From Sinorhizobium meliloti (GTDB lineage Bacteria > Pseudomonadota > Alphaproteobacteria > Rhizobiales > Rhizobiaceae), in contig NZ_JAGIOS010000001.1 of the NCBI RefSeq assembly GCF_017876815.1, forward strand, positions 1,530,001 to 1,562,000: DNA of 32,000 bases. Reading direction: 5' to 3'. Position 1 is the stretch's first letter; each line of letters starts with the position of its first letter. A program made the position numbers and the translations under genes. The notes beneath the pieces are model-generated. The model ran no database searches. It saw only the letters and a list, made by a program, of their open reading frames with translations, and had not been told where the DNA came from. Of the stretch, positions 17,926 to 27,681 are shown piece after piece.

Positions 17926-18531
17926 TCAGGCCCAGGGGCGGGAAGCGGCGGTCGCCTTCTCGTAATTGTCGATGGAACCGCCCTTTTCGAGCGTGAGGCC
18001 GATATCGTCGAGGCCGTTCAGCAGGCAGTGGCGCTTGAAGGCATCGACCTCGAACTTGATCGAGCCGCCGTCCGGACCGGTGATCTCCTGCGCTTCGAGA
18101 TCGACCGTGAGAATGGCATTGGAGCCGCGGCTGGCGTCATCCATCAGCTTGTCGAGGTCTTCCTGGCTGACGACGATGGGCAGGATGCCGTTCTTGAAAC
18201 AGTTGTTGTAGAAGATGTCGGCGAAGGAGGTCGAAATGACGCAGCGGATGCCGAAATCGAGAAGCGCCCAAGGCGCATGCTCGCGCGAGGAGCCGCAGCC
18301 GAAATTGTCGCCTGCGACGAGAATCTTGGCGTTCTGGTAGGCAGGCTTGTTGAGGACGAAGTCCGGATTGGGGGTGCCATCCTCGTTGTAGCGCGCCTCG
18401 GCGAAAAGCCCCGTGCCGAGACCGGTGCGCTTGATCGTCTTCAGGTAATCCTTCGGAATGATCATGTCCGTGTCGATGTTGACGACGGGCAGGGGAGCGG
18501 CAACGCCGGTGAGCTTGACGAACTTGTCCAT
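17926..18531 (-). CDS. leuD: 3-isopropylmalate dehydratase small subunit
   Basis: 201-aa canonical LeuD ([41 protein letters not shown]..). GAAGG RBS. Confidence 0.95.
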   Translation of the reverse strand: MDKFVKLTGVAAPLPVVNIDTDMIIPKDYLKTIKRTGLGTGLFAEARYNEDGTPNPDFVLNKPAYQNAKILVAGDNFGCGSSREHAPWALLDFGIRCVISTSFADIFYNNCFKNGILPIVVSQEDLDKLMDDASRGSNAILTVDLEAQEITGPDGGSIKFEVDAFKRHCLLNGLDDIGLTLEKGGSIDNYEKATAASRPWA

Positions 18532-18678
18532 GACTTGGCCTTCGATTTCAGCGGAAATGTTCGAGAAGCGTTTAGATCAGTTTTGCGCCGAAATGAAGGA
18601 GAATCTGCTTTCATGGAGCGGGAGGCGGGCGGAAAACCGCTTCACAACTTGCCTTATCCCGCTTCGGGCAATCCGATC

Positions 18679-18930
18679 CTAAAGATCGATGATCGTCCCG
18701 CGCCCGTCGTTCCATACCCGCATCTCGCGCTGAGTGCTTCCCGGATTGGCGCGTGCGCGCGCACGAGCCTGCACGGGCCGTCCGTTGAGTTTGGCGGCGA
18801 TCGCGCTGCCGACGGCAATGATGGCGGCGATCCCGGCGAGCGCCAGGGCCAGCGAGGCGGTGAACACGAAGGCCACGAGCGTGATGGTGATGGCGGCGGC
18901 CGTGAAGAGAACAGAGCGGATGCTTTGCAT
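18679..18930 (-). CDS. small hypothetical membrane protein (83 aa)
   Basis: AAGGTGA sits 5 nt upstream of ATG 18930. There are two predicted hydrophobic helices (SVLFTAAAITITLVAFVFTASLALALAGIAAIIAVGSAIAA) and a basic tail ending VWNDGRGTIIDL. I recognise no family. Confidence 0.5.
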   Translation of the reverse strand: MQSIRSVLFTAAAITITLVAFVFTASLALALAGIAAIIAVGSAIAAKLNGRPVQARARARANPGSTQREMRVWNDGRGTIIDL

Positions 18931-19051
18931 GATTGTCACCTTTCTGTTCGGCATGTGGGTGCTGGCCACGCCGCTTGCAAGAGGGTCCGCTCGTCTCGTC
19001 TTGCGCAAAGGTTGAAAGGCAGGCACAACGAACGGCATGACAGGGAACGGC

Positions 19052-19954
19052 ATGAGAGCGATCGACCATCATCCCGTGCGGCTGCGCCGCTCGGTGCTTT
19101 CGGTTCCGGCCGACAATCAGCGCGCACTCGCCAAGGCTTGTGAACTGGCGGCGGACGCCGTGATCTTCGACCTCGAGGATTCCGTCTCGCCGGACCGCAA
19201 GGCTGCGGCGCGCGATGCCCTCGTCCGGCATCTTGCCGGCAACCGGCCGCAGGGCGAAACGGTCATCCGCGTCAATGCGGCGGGCTCGGGCTTCGGCGAG
19301 GCCGATCTCGCAGCGGCTCTTGCCGCGCGGCCCGATGCCATCCTCCTGCCCAAGGTCGAAAGCCCCGCCGATATTCAAGGCGCGCTCGATTGGCTTTCGG
19401 AAAGGGATGCGCCGGATGAGCTGAGGCTCTGGGCGATGATCGAGACGCCGCGGGGGGTCGTGAACGGGCCGGCGATCGCCGAGACCGGCCGCACCTCCGG
19501 CGGCCGGCTGGACTGCTTCGTCGTCGGGCTGAACGATCTTCGCAAGGAGACGGGCGTGCCCGCCCTTTCGGGCCGGACCTATCTCGTTCCGTGGCTGATG
19601 CAGATCCTTCTTGCCGCGCGCGGCAGCGGGCTCGACGCCATCGACGCGGTCTTCAACGATTTCCGCGATCCGGAAGGGTTCGAGGCGGAGTGCCGGCAGG
19701 GACGCGACATGGGCTTTGACGGCAAGATGCTGATCCACCCGGCGCAGATCGATGCGGCCAATCGGCATTTCGCCGCGGACGAGGCTGCGGTCGAGGAGGC
19801 GCGCGCGATCATCGAGGCCTTTGCCTTGCCGGACAATTCCGGAAAGGGTGTCATCAACCTTCATGGGCGGATGGTCGAGCGCCTCCATCTCGAACAGGCG
19901 ATGAAGATCGCCGCCAAGGCGGACATCATCGAAAAACGAAAGGCAAAATCTTGA
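19052..19954 (+). CDS. HpcH/HpaI aldolase / citrate lyase beta (CitE)-like acyl-CoA lyase
   Basis: N-terminal LRRSVLSVPADNQRALAKA..DAVIFDLEDSV and ..GFDGKMLIHPAQI.. are typical of CitE/malyl-CoA-lyase-like enzymes. Start is ATG 19052 (AGGGAA upstream) or ATG 19037. Confidence 0.85.
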   Translation: MRAIDHHPVRLRRSVLSVPADNQRALAKACELAADAVIFDLEDSVSPDRKAAARDALVRHLAGNRPQGETVIRVNAAGSGFGEADLAAALAARPDAILLPKVESPADIQGALDWLSERDAPDELRLWAMIETPRGVVNGPAIAETGRTSGGRLDCFVVGLNDLRKETGVPALSGRTYLVPWLMQILLAARGSGLDAIDAVFNDFRDPEGFEAECRQGRDMGFDGKMLIHPAQIDAANRHFAADEAAVEEARAIIEAFALPDNSGKGVINLHGRMVERLHLEQAMKIAAKADIIEKRKAKS

Positions 19955-20157
19955 AGCTCTATCGCTTTCTCACCGGCCCCGACGATGCCTCCTTCTGCCA
20001 CAAGGTGACGGCGTCATTGAACCAGGGGTGGACGCTGCACGGTCCGCCGACCTACGCCTTCAATGCCGACACCCAGCACATGCAGTGCGGCCAGGCGGTG
20101 GTGAAGGAAGTGGAGGGCAAGGATTATCATCCCGACATGAAGCTGTCGGAGCAGTAG
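19951..20157 (+). CDS. DUF1737-domain small protein
   Basis: 68 aa (MKLYRFLTGPDDASFCHKVTASLNQGWTLHG..). The TTG start overlaps the CitE-like TGA (TTGA junction). GAAAGG sits 7 nt upstream. Confidence 0.7.
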   Translation: MKLYRFLTGPDDASFCHKVTASLNQGWTLHGPPTYAFNADTQHMQCGQAVVKEVEGKDYHPDMKLSEQ

Positions 20158-20241
20158 GGATCGTTTCGGGTCAGACTTGCCCCCGCGCACAGGGATGAGG
20201 AAATCAGGCAGGAGCGGCGGGTATCCGAATCTCAACAGGCC

Positions 20242-20676
20242 TCAGCCGCCCACGTGTTCCACGCTTTCCTCGATCCGCTCCATGTCGTCGTCCGACAGAC
20301 CGAAATGGTGGCCGATCTCGTGGATCAGCACATGGGTGATGATATCGCCGAGCGTTTCCTCGTTTTCGGCCCAGTAGTCGATGATCGGGCGGCGGTAGAG
20401 GGTGATGCGGTTCGGGAACTCCCCGGTTTCCATGGTGAAGCGTTCACCGAGGCCGCGGCCTTCGAACAGGCCCAGCAGGTCGAACGGCGTTTCGAGCGCC
20501 ATGTCTTCGAAGACATCGTCGCTTGGAAAGTCGGCGATTTCGATCGTGAGATCCGTCGTCAGCTTGCGGAATTCCTCAGGCAGGTGGCTGTAGGCTTCAA
20601 ACGCGAGCTGTTCGAATACGGTAAGCGACGGTGCGTGGCGTTCCCGCCAATCATCGGTTTGGTCAATGCGGGCCAT
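20242..20676 (-). CDS. small zincin-like metallopeptidase (DUF1025-type)
   Basis: 144 aa with an HExxH motif (LIHEIGHHFG). AAGGAG sits 5 nt upstream of ATG 20676. The 279-aa track ORF is an over-extension into the intergenic region. Confidence 0.8.
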   Translation of the reverse strand: MARIDQTDDWRERHAPSLTVFEQLAFEAYSHLPEEFRKLTTDLTIEIADFPSDDVFEDMALETPFDLLGLFEGRGLGERFTMETGEFPNRITLYRRPIIDYWAENEETLGDIITHVLIHEIGHHFGLSDDDMERIEESVEHVGG

Positions 20677-20809
20677 GGGCACTCCTTGTTGCCCCTCATA
20701 TAGCGATTTTGCCTTTGTTTTTCGAGTGATGAATTCTATCCCGAGAAGAAAGAGGAATATATTCTCAACATTGGTTGTTGACTCTTGAGGGCAGCTCTGG
20801 AATCCATAA

Positions 20810-20824
20810 GAACATAACATGAAC
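20810..20824. promoter_or_regulatory. alphaproteobacterial LexA (SOS) box
   Basis: GAAC-ATAACAT-GAAC is an exact GAAC-N7-GAAC direct repeat. It lies immediately upstream of, or overlapping, the first ATGs of imuA. Confidence 0.8.
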
Positions 20825-20845
20825 ATGCAGATGGAGCTGACCGTC

Positions 20846-21799
20846 ATGGCCGGAAACGCCGTGCAACGGCAAACCGTTCTTTCCCTTCGCGAGACCATTG
20901 CGCGGATTGAAGATCGCGGGGTGCCGGGATGCGTCCGGTCGGCCAAGACGGCCGACCCTGCCGGCTTTCGCCGCGGCAAGGAGGAGGCCACGCGCCGCAA
21001 GATCCTGCCGCTCGGCGTCCCGCAATTCGATGAGGTCCTCCAGGGCGGGTTGCCGCTCGAGGGCATGATGGAAATCCGCAATGCCGAAACCCGGGATGCG
21101 GGCGCGGCCGCCGGTTTCGTGGCGGCGCTTGCGGTGCTCTATCAACGGCAGAAGAAGGAGAATGGCCGTCTGGCCCCGGTCCTTTGGATCAGCCAGACGC
21201 TTGCTGCCTGTGAGGCGGGTCAGCCTTATGCGCCGGGCCTCAAGGCCTATGGACTCGATGCCGAGCGCTTCCTCTTCGTTTCGGCGCGCACGGTGAAGGA
21301 TGCGCTGTGGATCGCAGAGACGGCGCTTTCGGTACCGGTCTTCGCCGTGGTCGTTCTGGAAATCCGCGGCAACCCTGCCTGTCTCGCCCTGAGCGAGAGC
21401 CGGCGTCTGCATGTGAGGGCCCGGGCGGGCGGCGTGCCTCTTCTCGTCTTGCGTCAGGCGGGCGAGGAGGAGGCGAGCAGCGCCTTCTTCCGGCTCCAGG
21501 TCAAGCCGGCACCGGCCGGCGAACGTCCTCTTCCCGATGGTTCGGTGCTTTGCGGCAGCATCGGCCATCCCGCCTTTCACCTCCTTGTCGAAAAAAGCAG
21601 GCGCCAAGCCTCCGACGACATCTTTCTCGAATGGAACGCCCATGACCGCCGCTTCTACTCACTCGATGAGCGCCGGAGCGCCGCTCTTCAGACAAACGAT
21701 GAGCCAACGGATCCTGTCGATCCACTTTCCGCATCTGCCGACCGACCGCGTCGCGCGCAGCCGATGGGGCGCCTCCTGGCTTTCGCGCGGGCGTCCTGA
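20846..21799 (+). CDS. imuA: ImuA (RecA/SulA-like component of the SOS mutagenesis cassette)
   Basis: ImuA-like sequence (..LPLGVPQFDEVLQGGLPLEGMMEI..AAAGFVAALA..PVLWIS..GLDAERFLFV..ALWIAETAL..RRLHVRARAGGVPLLVLR..). GGAG sits 9 nt upstream of ATG 20846. In-frame ATGs at 20819, 20825 and 20831 lie inside or next to the LexA box, so the start is uncertain. Confidence 0.82.
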   Translation: MAGNAVQRQTVLSLRETIARIEDRGVPGCVRSAKTADPAGFRRGKEEATRRKILPLGVPQFDEVLQGGLPLEGMMEIRNAETRDAGAAAGFVAALAVLYQRQKKENGRLAPVLWISQTLAACEAGQPYAPGLKAYGLDAERFLFVSARTVKDALWIAETALSVPVFAVVVLEIRGNPACLALSESRRLHVRARAGGVPLLVLRQAGEEEASSAFFRLQVKPAPAGERPLPDGSVLCGSIGHPAFHLLVEKSRRQASDDIFLEWNAHDRRFYSLDERRSAALQTNDEPTDPVDPLSASADRPRRAQPMGRLLAFARAS

Positions 21800-23255
21800 C
21801 CATCCGCCCGTCGTCTTCGCCGCCAAGATCGACAATGCCATGCGGCTCGTTGCGCTCGATACTTTTGCAGAGCGTATCGGCCTGAAGCGCGGCCAGGGGG
21901 CGGCGGAGGCCCGCGCCATGTGTCCCTCGCTCGACGTGATCGCCGCCGATCCGGCCGCCGACCAGGCCTTCCTGGAGGCGCTTGCCGACTGGTGCGACCG
22001 CTATACGCCGCTCGTGGCACTCGACGGCACGGATGGCCTGTTCCTCGACATCACCGGCTGCGCCCATCTTCATGGCGGCGAAAAGGCGCTCATCAGCGAT
22101 GTCCTGTCGCGTCTTTTCTCTCTCGGCGTCGAGGCGCGGGCGACCGTCTCCTCCGCAGCCGGGCTTTCCTGGGCTGTCACCCGTTACGGCGATGCCGACG
22201 TCATTGCGCCCGGGGATGGAGACCCGGTGCTGGCACCCTTGCCGGTCGCCGCGCTGCGATTGCCGGCGGACACCGCGGCCGCACTCGAACGGGTCGGGCT
22301 GAAACAGATCGGCGACCTTCTCGAAGCGCCGCGGGCGCCGCTCGCCCGCCGCTTCGGCTCCTCCCTTCTCCTCAGGCTCGATCAGGCGAGGGGCTTCGAG
22401 GACGAGCCGCTTTCGCCCCGGCTGCCCGTGCCGAGCTTCTCCGCCGAACGCCGGCTCGCCGAGCCGCTGCAGGACGAGGAACACATTCTCGAACTGACCC
22501 GTCACCTCGCCAGGGATGTCCGCTCCTCGCTGGAGCGACATGGCGAAGGCGGGCGGCTCTTCGAGCTCCTCCTGTTCCGCGTCGACGGCCGGGTATTCCG
22601 CGTTCGAGCCCATGCGGCCGTGCCCTTGAACGATGCCGTCCGCATCGCCGCCCTCTTTCGCGAGCGGCTGCAGGCGGTTCATGACGATCTCGATGCCGGA
22701 TATGGTTTCGAAATCGTCCGGCTCTCGGTCCTCAGAAGCGAAAGGCTCGATCCGGCGCAGCAGGATTTTTCCGGCGCCCCCGACGAAAGCCAGCCGCTCG
22801 CGGCCTTCGTCGACAAGGTCTCCGCCCGTTTCGGGCCCGGTTGCCTGATGCAGGCGACCCTTGCCGAAAGCCATCTGCCGGAACGGGCGGGCGGATTTGC
22901 CGCCGTGACGGACGTGGCCGCGGTCCTGAGGACGGCTGCCCTTGAAGAGAAGGCTTTCCCCGAGAACCGTCCGCTTCGGATTTTCGCGCATCCCGAACCG
23001 GTGGAGGCGACGGCGGAAGTGCCCGAGGGTGCGCCGCGCAGCTTCAACTGGCGCAAGACCCGCTACCGCGTCGCCCGTGCCGAAGGGCCGGAGCGCATCG
23101 CCGCCGAATGGTGGATCGACGGGGAGGATCATCCGACGCGGGATTATTTCCGGATAGAGGATCAGGAGGGCCGCCGCTTCTGGCTGTTTCGCGAAGGTCT
23201 CTACGGAAGGGAGACCGCCTCGCCCCGCTGGTTCATGCACGGAGTTTTCGCATGA
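21699..23255 (+). CDS. imuB: ImuB (Y-family polymerase-like protein)
   Basis: The N-terminus [18 protein letters not shown].. is the canonical ImuB start, with Y-family-like core regions following. The stop overlaps the dnaE2 ATG (ATGA). Confidence 0.9.
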   Translation: MSQRILSIHFPHLPTDRVARSRWGASWLSRGRPDHPPVVFAAKIDNAMRLVALDTFAERIGLKRGQGAAEARAMCPSLDVIAADPAADQAFLEALADWCDRYTPLVALDGTDGLFLDITGCAHLHGGEKALISDVLSRLFSLGVEARATVSSAAGLSWAVTRYGDADVIAPGDGDPVLAPLPVAALRLPADTAAALERVGLKQIGDLLEAPRAPLARRFGSSLLLRLDQARGFEDEPLSPRLPVPSFSAERRLAEPLQDEEHILELTRHLARDVRSSLERHGEGGRLFELLLFRVDGRVFRVRAHAAVPLNDAVRIAALFRERLQAVHDDLDAGYGFEIVRLSVLRSERLDPAQQDFSGAPDESQPLAAFVDKVSARFGPGCLMQATLAESHLPERAGGFAAVTDVAAVLRTAALEEKAFPENRPLRIFAHPEPVEATAEVPEGAPRSFNWRKTRYRVARAEGPERIAAEWWIDGEDHPTRDYFRIEDQEGRRFWLFREGLYGRETASPRWFMHGVFA

Positions 23256-26200
23256 GCGCGGATGCTGTCTTCTGCGAGCTCGGTGCGCGCACGAATTTCT
23301 CCTTTCTCGAAGGGGCGGCGCCGGCCGAGGAGATGGTCGTATTCGCCAAGAAGGCGGGGCTTGCCGGTCTCGGCATTGCCGACCGCAACAGCGTCGCCGG
23401 CGTCGTCAGGGCTCATGCCAAGGCGAAGGTGGAGGGCTATCCCTTCCAGCCGGGCGCCCGCCTGGTTTTTGCCGACGGCACGCCGGACATTCTCGCTTAT
23501 CCGAAGAACAGGCGGGGCTGGGGGCATCTCTGCCGCCTGCTCAGCGCCGGTAACCTGCGCTCGAAGAAGGGCGACTGCACGCTCCATCTCGCCGACCTGC
23601 TCGAATGGCAGGAGGAGCTTCTTCTGATCGTCATGCAAGGCGAAGGGCGGCCGGAACCGGAGAGCCTGGAAGTGCTGCTCGGGACATTGAAGGAGCATGC
23701 GGGCAACCGGCTCTATCTCGGACTGGCGCCGCATTATGACGGTTTCGACCGGCATGATTTTGCCGTTCTGGCCGCAATTGCCCGAAAGGCCGGCATCGGG
23801 TTGCTCGCCACCAATGACGCGCTCTATCACGATCCGCATTACAGGCCGCTCGCGGATGTCGTCACCTCCATCCGGGAGCATGTGCCGATCGCCGGCGCCG
23901 GTTTCCTTCTGCAGAAGAATGCCGAAAGGCATCTGAAGGGCCCAAGGGAAATGGCCAGGCTTTTCAGCGACTATCCCGAGGCGATCGCCAATACCCGGAA
24001 ATTTTTCCGCGAGCTCGCCTTCAGCCTCGACGAGCTCAGCCACCAATATCCGGATGAAAACGCCGATGGCGAGACGCCCGCCGAAAGCTTGCGGCGGCTC
24101 GTCGCGGAAGGTGCGGCGGAGCGCTATCCCGAAGGCGTGCCGGAAAAGGTGATGCGCCAGATCGACTATGAGCTCGAGCTCATCCACGACAAGAAATACG
24201 AGCCTTATTTCCTGACCGTCCACAAGCTCGTGAAATTTGCCCGCAGCGTGAATATTCTCTGCCAGGGGCGGGGCTCGGCGGCCAATTCCTCGGTCTGCTT
24301 CTGCCTCGGCATCACCGATGTCGATCCGCAGAAATTCACCCTGCTGTTCGACCGATTCCTGTCGAAGGATCGCGACGAGCCGCCCGATATCGATGTCGAC
24401 TTCGAGCACGAGCGGCGCGAAGAGGTGATCCAGTATATCTACAGGACTTACGGCAAGGAGCATGCGGGCCTGACCGCCGCGGTGATCAGCTATCGCTCGC
24501 GCTCCGCCGGGCGCGAGGTCGCCAAGGCCTTCGGCCTTTCGGAAGACGTTCAATCGGCTCTCGTCAGTTCGATCTGGGGCTGGGGCACCTCGCCTTTCAC
24601 CGAGGAGCAGGCGAAAGGGGCGGGGCTCGACGCGGCGGACCCTCTCACCAGGCGCGTGCTTGCCTATGCCAGTCTGCTCATGAATTTTCCGCGCCACCTC
24701 TCGCAGCATGTGGGCGGCTTCGTGATTACCCGCGACAGGCTCGACGAGGTCGTGCCGATCATGAACACGGCCATGCCCGACCGCTACATGATCGAATGGG
24801 ACAAGGACGATCTCGATGAGCTGAAGATACTGAAGGTCGACGTGCTGGCGCTCGGCATGCTGACCTGCCTTGCCAAGGGTTTCAAGCTTCTGGAAGCGCA
24901 TTACGGCGAGCCGATAACGCTGGCCGAAATCTACCAGGATCATCGGGACGCGGTTTACGACATGATCTGCCGCGCCGATACGGTCGGCGTCTTCCAGATC
25001 GAAAGCCGGGCGCAGATGAGCATGCTGCCGCGCCTGCAGCCGCGCGAAATGTACGATCTGGTGATCGAGGTAGCGATCGTTCGCCCCGGCCCCATCCAGG
25101 GCAATATGGTGCATCCCTATCTGAAACGGCGCGAAGCCCAGCGCAGGGGCGAGGCGGTCGTGTATCCCAGCCCGGAGTTGAAGGCGGTCCTGGAAAGGAC
25201 GCTGGGCGTGCCGCTGTTCCAGGAGCAGGCGATGCAGATCGCGATCACAGCGGCCGGTTTTTCGCCCAGCGAGGCCGACCGCCTGCGCCGCGCCATGGCC
25301 ACCTTCAAGCGGACCGGTACGATCCACACCTTCGAGCGGAAGATGGTGGAGGGCATGGTCGCGAATGACTACGAGAGGGAATTCGCCGAGCGCTGCTTCA
25401 ACCAGATCAAGGGATTCGGCGAATACGGCTTCCCCGAAAGCCATGCTGCCTCCTTCGCCTCTCTCGTCTATGCCTCGGCCTGGCTCAAGACCTATTATCC
25501 GGACATCTTCTGCGCCGCGCTCCTGAACGCACAGCCGATGGGTTTCTATGCGCCGGCGCAACTGGTGCGCGATGCCCGTGAACACGGGGTCAGAATGCTG
25601 CCGGTCGATATCAATCATTCGGATTGGGATGCCCTGCTCGAAGGCGAGGGCGCCTTCGACAAGAATGCTGTCCACCCGCGCCACGCCAGCATGCGGGAGG
25701 TGATCAAAACCCGGAAGGCCGTGCGGCTGGGCTTCCGGCTGGTCAAGGGCCTGAAGCAGACGGATATGAAGGCGCTCGTCGCGCGCCGGGGGGAGGGATA
25801 CCGCTCCGTTCATGACCTGTGGCTTCGATCAGGGCTCTCCCGCTCCGTTCTGGAGCGTCTTGCGGATGCCGATGCCTTCCGGTCGATAGGCCTCGACCGG
25901 CGGGCGGCCCTCTGGGCGGTAAAGGCGCTCGACGAGCAGTCGGCGGTGGAGCGATTGCCGCTTTTCGAGGGGGCGGGTTCCGACGATCTGCAGATCGAGC
26001 CCAAGGTCGCTCTTCCCGATATGCCGGCAGGCGAACAGGTCATTCATGACTATCGCACCCTGACGCTCTCCCTGAAGGCGCACCCCGTTTCCTTCATGCG
26101 GGAGGATTTTTCGCGAATGGGTATCCTGCGCAGCCGGGATCTGGCGGCAACCGCAACTGGAAGATGGGTGACGGTGGCAGGCCTTGTACTGGTCAGGCAG

Positions 26201-26602
26201 CGGCCGGGCTCTGCCAATGGCGTCATCTTCATGACGATCGAGGACGAAACAGGGATCGCCAATATCATCGTCTGGGAAAAGACGTTCCAGAAATACCGGC
26301 GGCAGGTCATGGGATCGCGGCTTGTGAAAGTCCGCGGCCGCTTACAGAACCAGAGCGGCGTCATTCACGTGGTCGCCGATCATCTGGAGGATATAACGCC
26401 GATGCTTGGCCTGCTGCGCCGGGAGGCGCGGCGTTTCGGCGTCAACGACCGCGCGGACGGGGCCTTGCGGCCGAGCGCGGACGCCCGCGAAAAGAAAAAA
26501 CTCCGGCAATTGCGCCTGGGCCTGCCCGCTCGCGCAGCGCCGGAGGGCGAGGCGGCCGCCCAGGTCGCGGAGGTCATGCCGAAGGGGCGCAATTTTCATT
26601 GA
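23252..26602 (+). CDS. dnaE2: error-prone DNA polymerase DnaE2 (ImuC)
   Basis: 1116 aa with an N-terminal PHP domain ([18 protein letters not shown]..), a PolIII-alpha core (..[13 protein letters not shown].., ..[14 protein letters not shown].., ..IVRPGPIQG..) and a C-terminal OB fold. Third gene of the imuA-imuB-dnaE2 cassette. Confidence 0.95.
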   Translation: MSADAVFCELGARTNFSFLEGAAPAEEMVVFAKKAGLAGLGIADRNSVAGVVRAHAKAKVEGYPFQPGARLVFADGTPDILAYPKNRRGWGHLCRLLSAGNLRSKKGDCTLHLADLLEWQEELLLIVMQGEGRPEPESLEVLLGTLKEHAGNRLYLGLAPHYDGFDRHDFAVLAAIARKAGIGLLATNDALYHDPHYRPLADVVTSIREHVPIAGAGFLLQKNAERHLKGPREMARLFSDYPEAIANTRKFFRELAFSLDELSHQYPDENADGETPAESLRRLVAEGAAERYPEGVPEKVMRQIDYELELIHDKKYEPYFLTVHKLVKFARSVNILCQGRGSAANSSVCFCLGITDVDPQKFTLLFDRFLSKDRDEPPDIDVDFEHERREEVIQYIYRTYGKEHAGLTAAVISYRSRSAGREVAKAFGLSEDVQSALVSSIWGWGTSPFTEEQAKGAGLDAADPLTRRVLAYASLLMNFPRHLSQHVGGFVITRDRLDEVVPIMNTAMPDRYMIEWDKDDLDELKILKVDVLALGMLTCLAKGFKLLEAHYGEPITLAEIYQDHRDAVYDMICRADTVGVFQIESRAQMSMLPRLQPREMYDLVIEVAIVRPGPIQGNMVHPYLKRREAQRRGEAVVYPSPELKAVLERTLGVPLFQEQAMQIAITAAGFSPSEADRLRRAMATFKRTGTIHTFERKMVEGMVANDYEREFAERCFNQIKGFGEYGFPESHAASFASLVYASAWLKTYYPDIFCAALLNAQPMGFYAPAQLVRDAREHGVRMLPVDINHSDWDALLEGEGAFDKNAVHPRHASMREVIKTRKAVRLGFRLVKGLKQTDMKALVARRGEGYRSVHDLWLRSGLSRSVLERLADADAFRSIGLDRRAALWAVKALDEQSAVERLPLFEGAGSDDLQIEPKVALPDMPAGEQVIHDYRTLTLSLKAHPVSFMREDFSRMGILRSRDLAATATGRWVTVAGLVLVRQRPGSANGVIFMTIEDETGIANIIVWEKTFQKYRRQVMGSRLVKVRGRLQNQSGVIHVVADHLEDITPMLGLLRREARRFGVNDRADGALRPSADAREKKKLRQLRLGLPARAAPEGEAAAQVAEVMPKGRNFH

Positions 26603-26721
26603 GCCCCAGTCGTTACGCGCATCGAAGTCCGCCTTGCGCTTGAGGCCTCCAGGGCGCCCCTGTGTAAAAATGTCGCAGGCACCGCTGCCGGAATTACAAG
26701 TCATGGAGGAAAAATCCTCTC

Positions 26722-26737
26722 CTTAGAATCGCCTAAT
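26722..26737. promoter_or_regulatory. degenerate ICE-like (Irr) box, copy 1
   Basis: CTTAGAATCGCCTAAT shares TTAGAATCGC and CTAAT(G) with copy 2, but its spacing is 1 nt shorter. Confidence 0.3.
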
Positions 26738-26766
26738 GTAATGAAAATGCGATGATTTCCGTCAAG

Positions 26767-26783
26767 TTTAGAATCGCTCTAAT
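26767..26783. promoter_or_regulatory. ICE-like (Irr) box, copy 2
   Basis: TTTAGAA-TCG-CTCTAAT matches the ICE consensus TTTAGAA-N3-TTCTAAA at 12 of 14 positions. It lies about 100 nt upstream of bfd. Confidence 0.5.
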
Positions 26784-26883
26784 GCATTCCTCAACCATAT
26801 GGAGAAGAGTTTTTAGTTGACGGCAAATGTCCTCTTTTGCTTTATCGCAAAATCAGAGCGTTGCGTATGATGGACACGACGAA

Positions 26884-27195
26884 ATGCTGGTTTGCAGTTG
26901 CAATTTCATCACCGAGAAAGAGATCGAGGACACGATCGTCGGCCTCCTCGACGAGGACTGTTGGCAGTTGATCGTGCCGGCGAAAGTCTATCATGCGATG
27001 GAAAAACGCGGCCGTTGCTGCGGCTGTTTTCCCAATGTCGTCGACATCATCATCCGCACCACCGAGCAATATCACGCCCGCCGCGACTCGACGGACGCCG
27101 ATATATTTGATTTCATGACCCGCCTCAGACAATTCCATGAAGAAAACCGGAGGGCGGATCTTGAAAGGCGACGCAAAGGTCATCGAGCAGCTTAA
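26884..27195 (+). CDS. bfd: bacterioferritin-associated ferredoxin (BFD-like [2Fe-2S] protein)
   Basis: [14 protein letters not shown]...[10 protein letters not shown] gives the CxC...CxxC cluster ligands typical of Bfd, with the first Cys pair right after the start as in known Bfd. The alternative start at 26827 would add 19 aa. The 3' end overlaps bfr by 35 nt. Confidence 0.7.
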   Translation: MLVCSCNFITEKEIEDTIVGLLDEDCWQLIVPAKVYHAMEKRGRCCGCFPNVVDIIIRTTEQYHARRDSTDADIFDFMTRLRQFHEENRRADLERRRKGHRAA

Positions 27196-27646
27196 CGAAG
27201 CGCTCTATCTCGAACTCGGTGCCGTAAACCAGTACTGGCTGCATTACCGCCTTCTCGAAGATTGGGGCTATACGCTGCTCGCCAAGAAGGAGCGCGCCGA
27301 GTCGATCGAGGAGATGCACCACGCCGACAAGCTCGTCTCCCGCATCATCTTCCTCGAAGGCCACCCGAATCTGCAGACGGTCGCGCCGCTGCGCATCGGC
27401 CAGAACGTCAAGGAAGTCCTGGAAGCCGATCTTGCCGGCGAGTACGACGCGCGCACGGCCTATAAGAATTCCCGCGACATCTGTCACGCGGCCGGCGATT
27501 ACGTCTCGATGAAGCTCTTCGAGGAACTGCTCGCCGACGAGGAGGGCCACATAGACTTCCTCGAAACGCAGCTCGATCTGCTCCGCAAGATCGGTGAGGA
27601 AAAATACGGCCAGCTCAACGCCGCTTCGGCCGACGAAGCCGAATAA
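27161..27646 (+). CDS. bfr: bacterioferritin
   Basis: TTG start with GGAGGG 6 nt upstream gives [15 protein letters not shown].., the canonical Bfr N-terminus. It also places the heme-ligand Met at residue 52 ([12 protein letters not shown]), as in E. coli Bfr. The upstream ATG at 27137 would add 8 non-conserved residues. Confidence 0.93.
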   Translation: MKGDAKVIEQLNEALYLELGAVNQYWLHYRLLEDWGYTLLAKKERAESIEEMHHADKLVSRIIFLEGHPNLQTVAPLRIGQNVKEVLEADLAGEYDARTAYKNSRDICHAAGDYVSMKLFEELLADEEGHIDFLETQLDLLRKIGEEKYGQLNAASADEAE

Positions 27647-27681
27647 GTTCCAACCTTCTCAAGGGGCGGCGAATTAAATCA

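Noticed and set aside
20778-20806. Sigma-70 promoter TTGACT-N17-AATCCA for imuA
   Set aside because: The -35 element is good, but no acceptable -10 hexamer lies at 16-19 nt spacing, so I could not place the promoter with confidence.
21501-25813. 579-aa and 870-aa ORFs on the - strand (21501-23240, 23201-25813)
   Set aside because: They are antisense to imuB and dnaE2, which have unambiguous family signatures. They show the same shadow-ORF composition.
27137-27160. ATG 27137 as the bacterioferritin start (as in the ORF track)
   Set aside because: It adds MKKTGGRI, which is not part of the conserved Bfr N-terminus. TTG 27161 has a GGAGGG RBS at ideal spacing and restores Met52 numbering.
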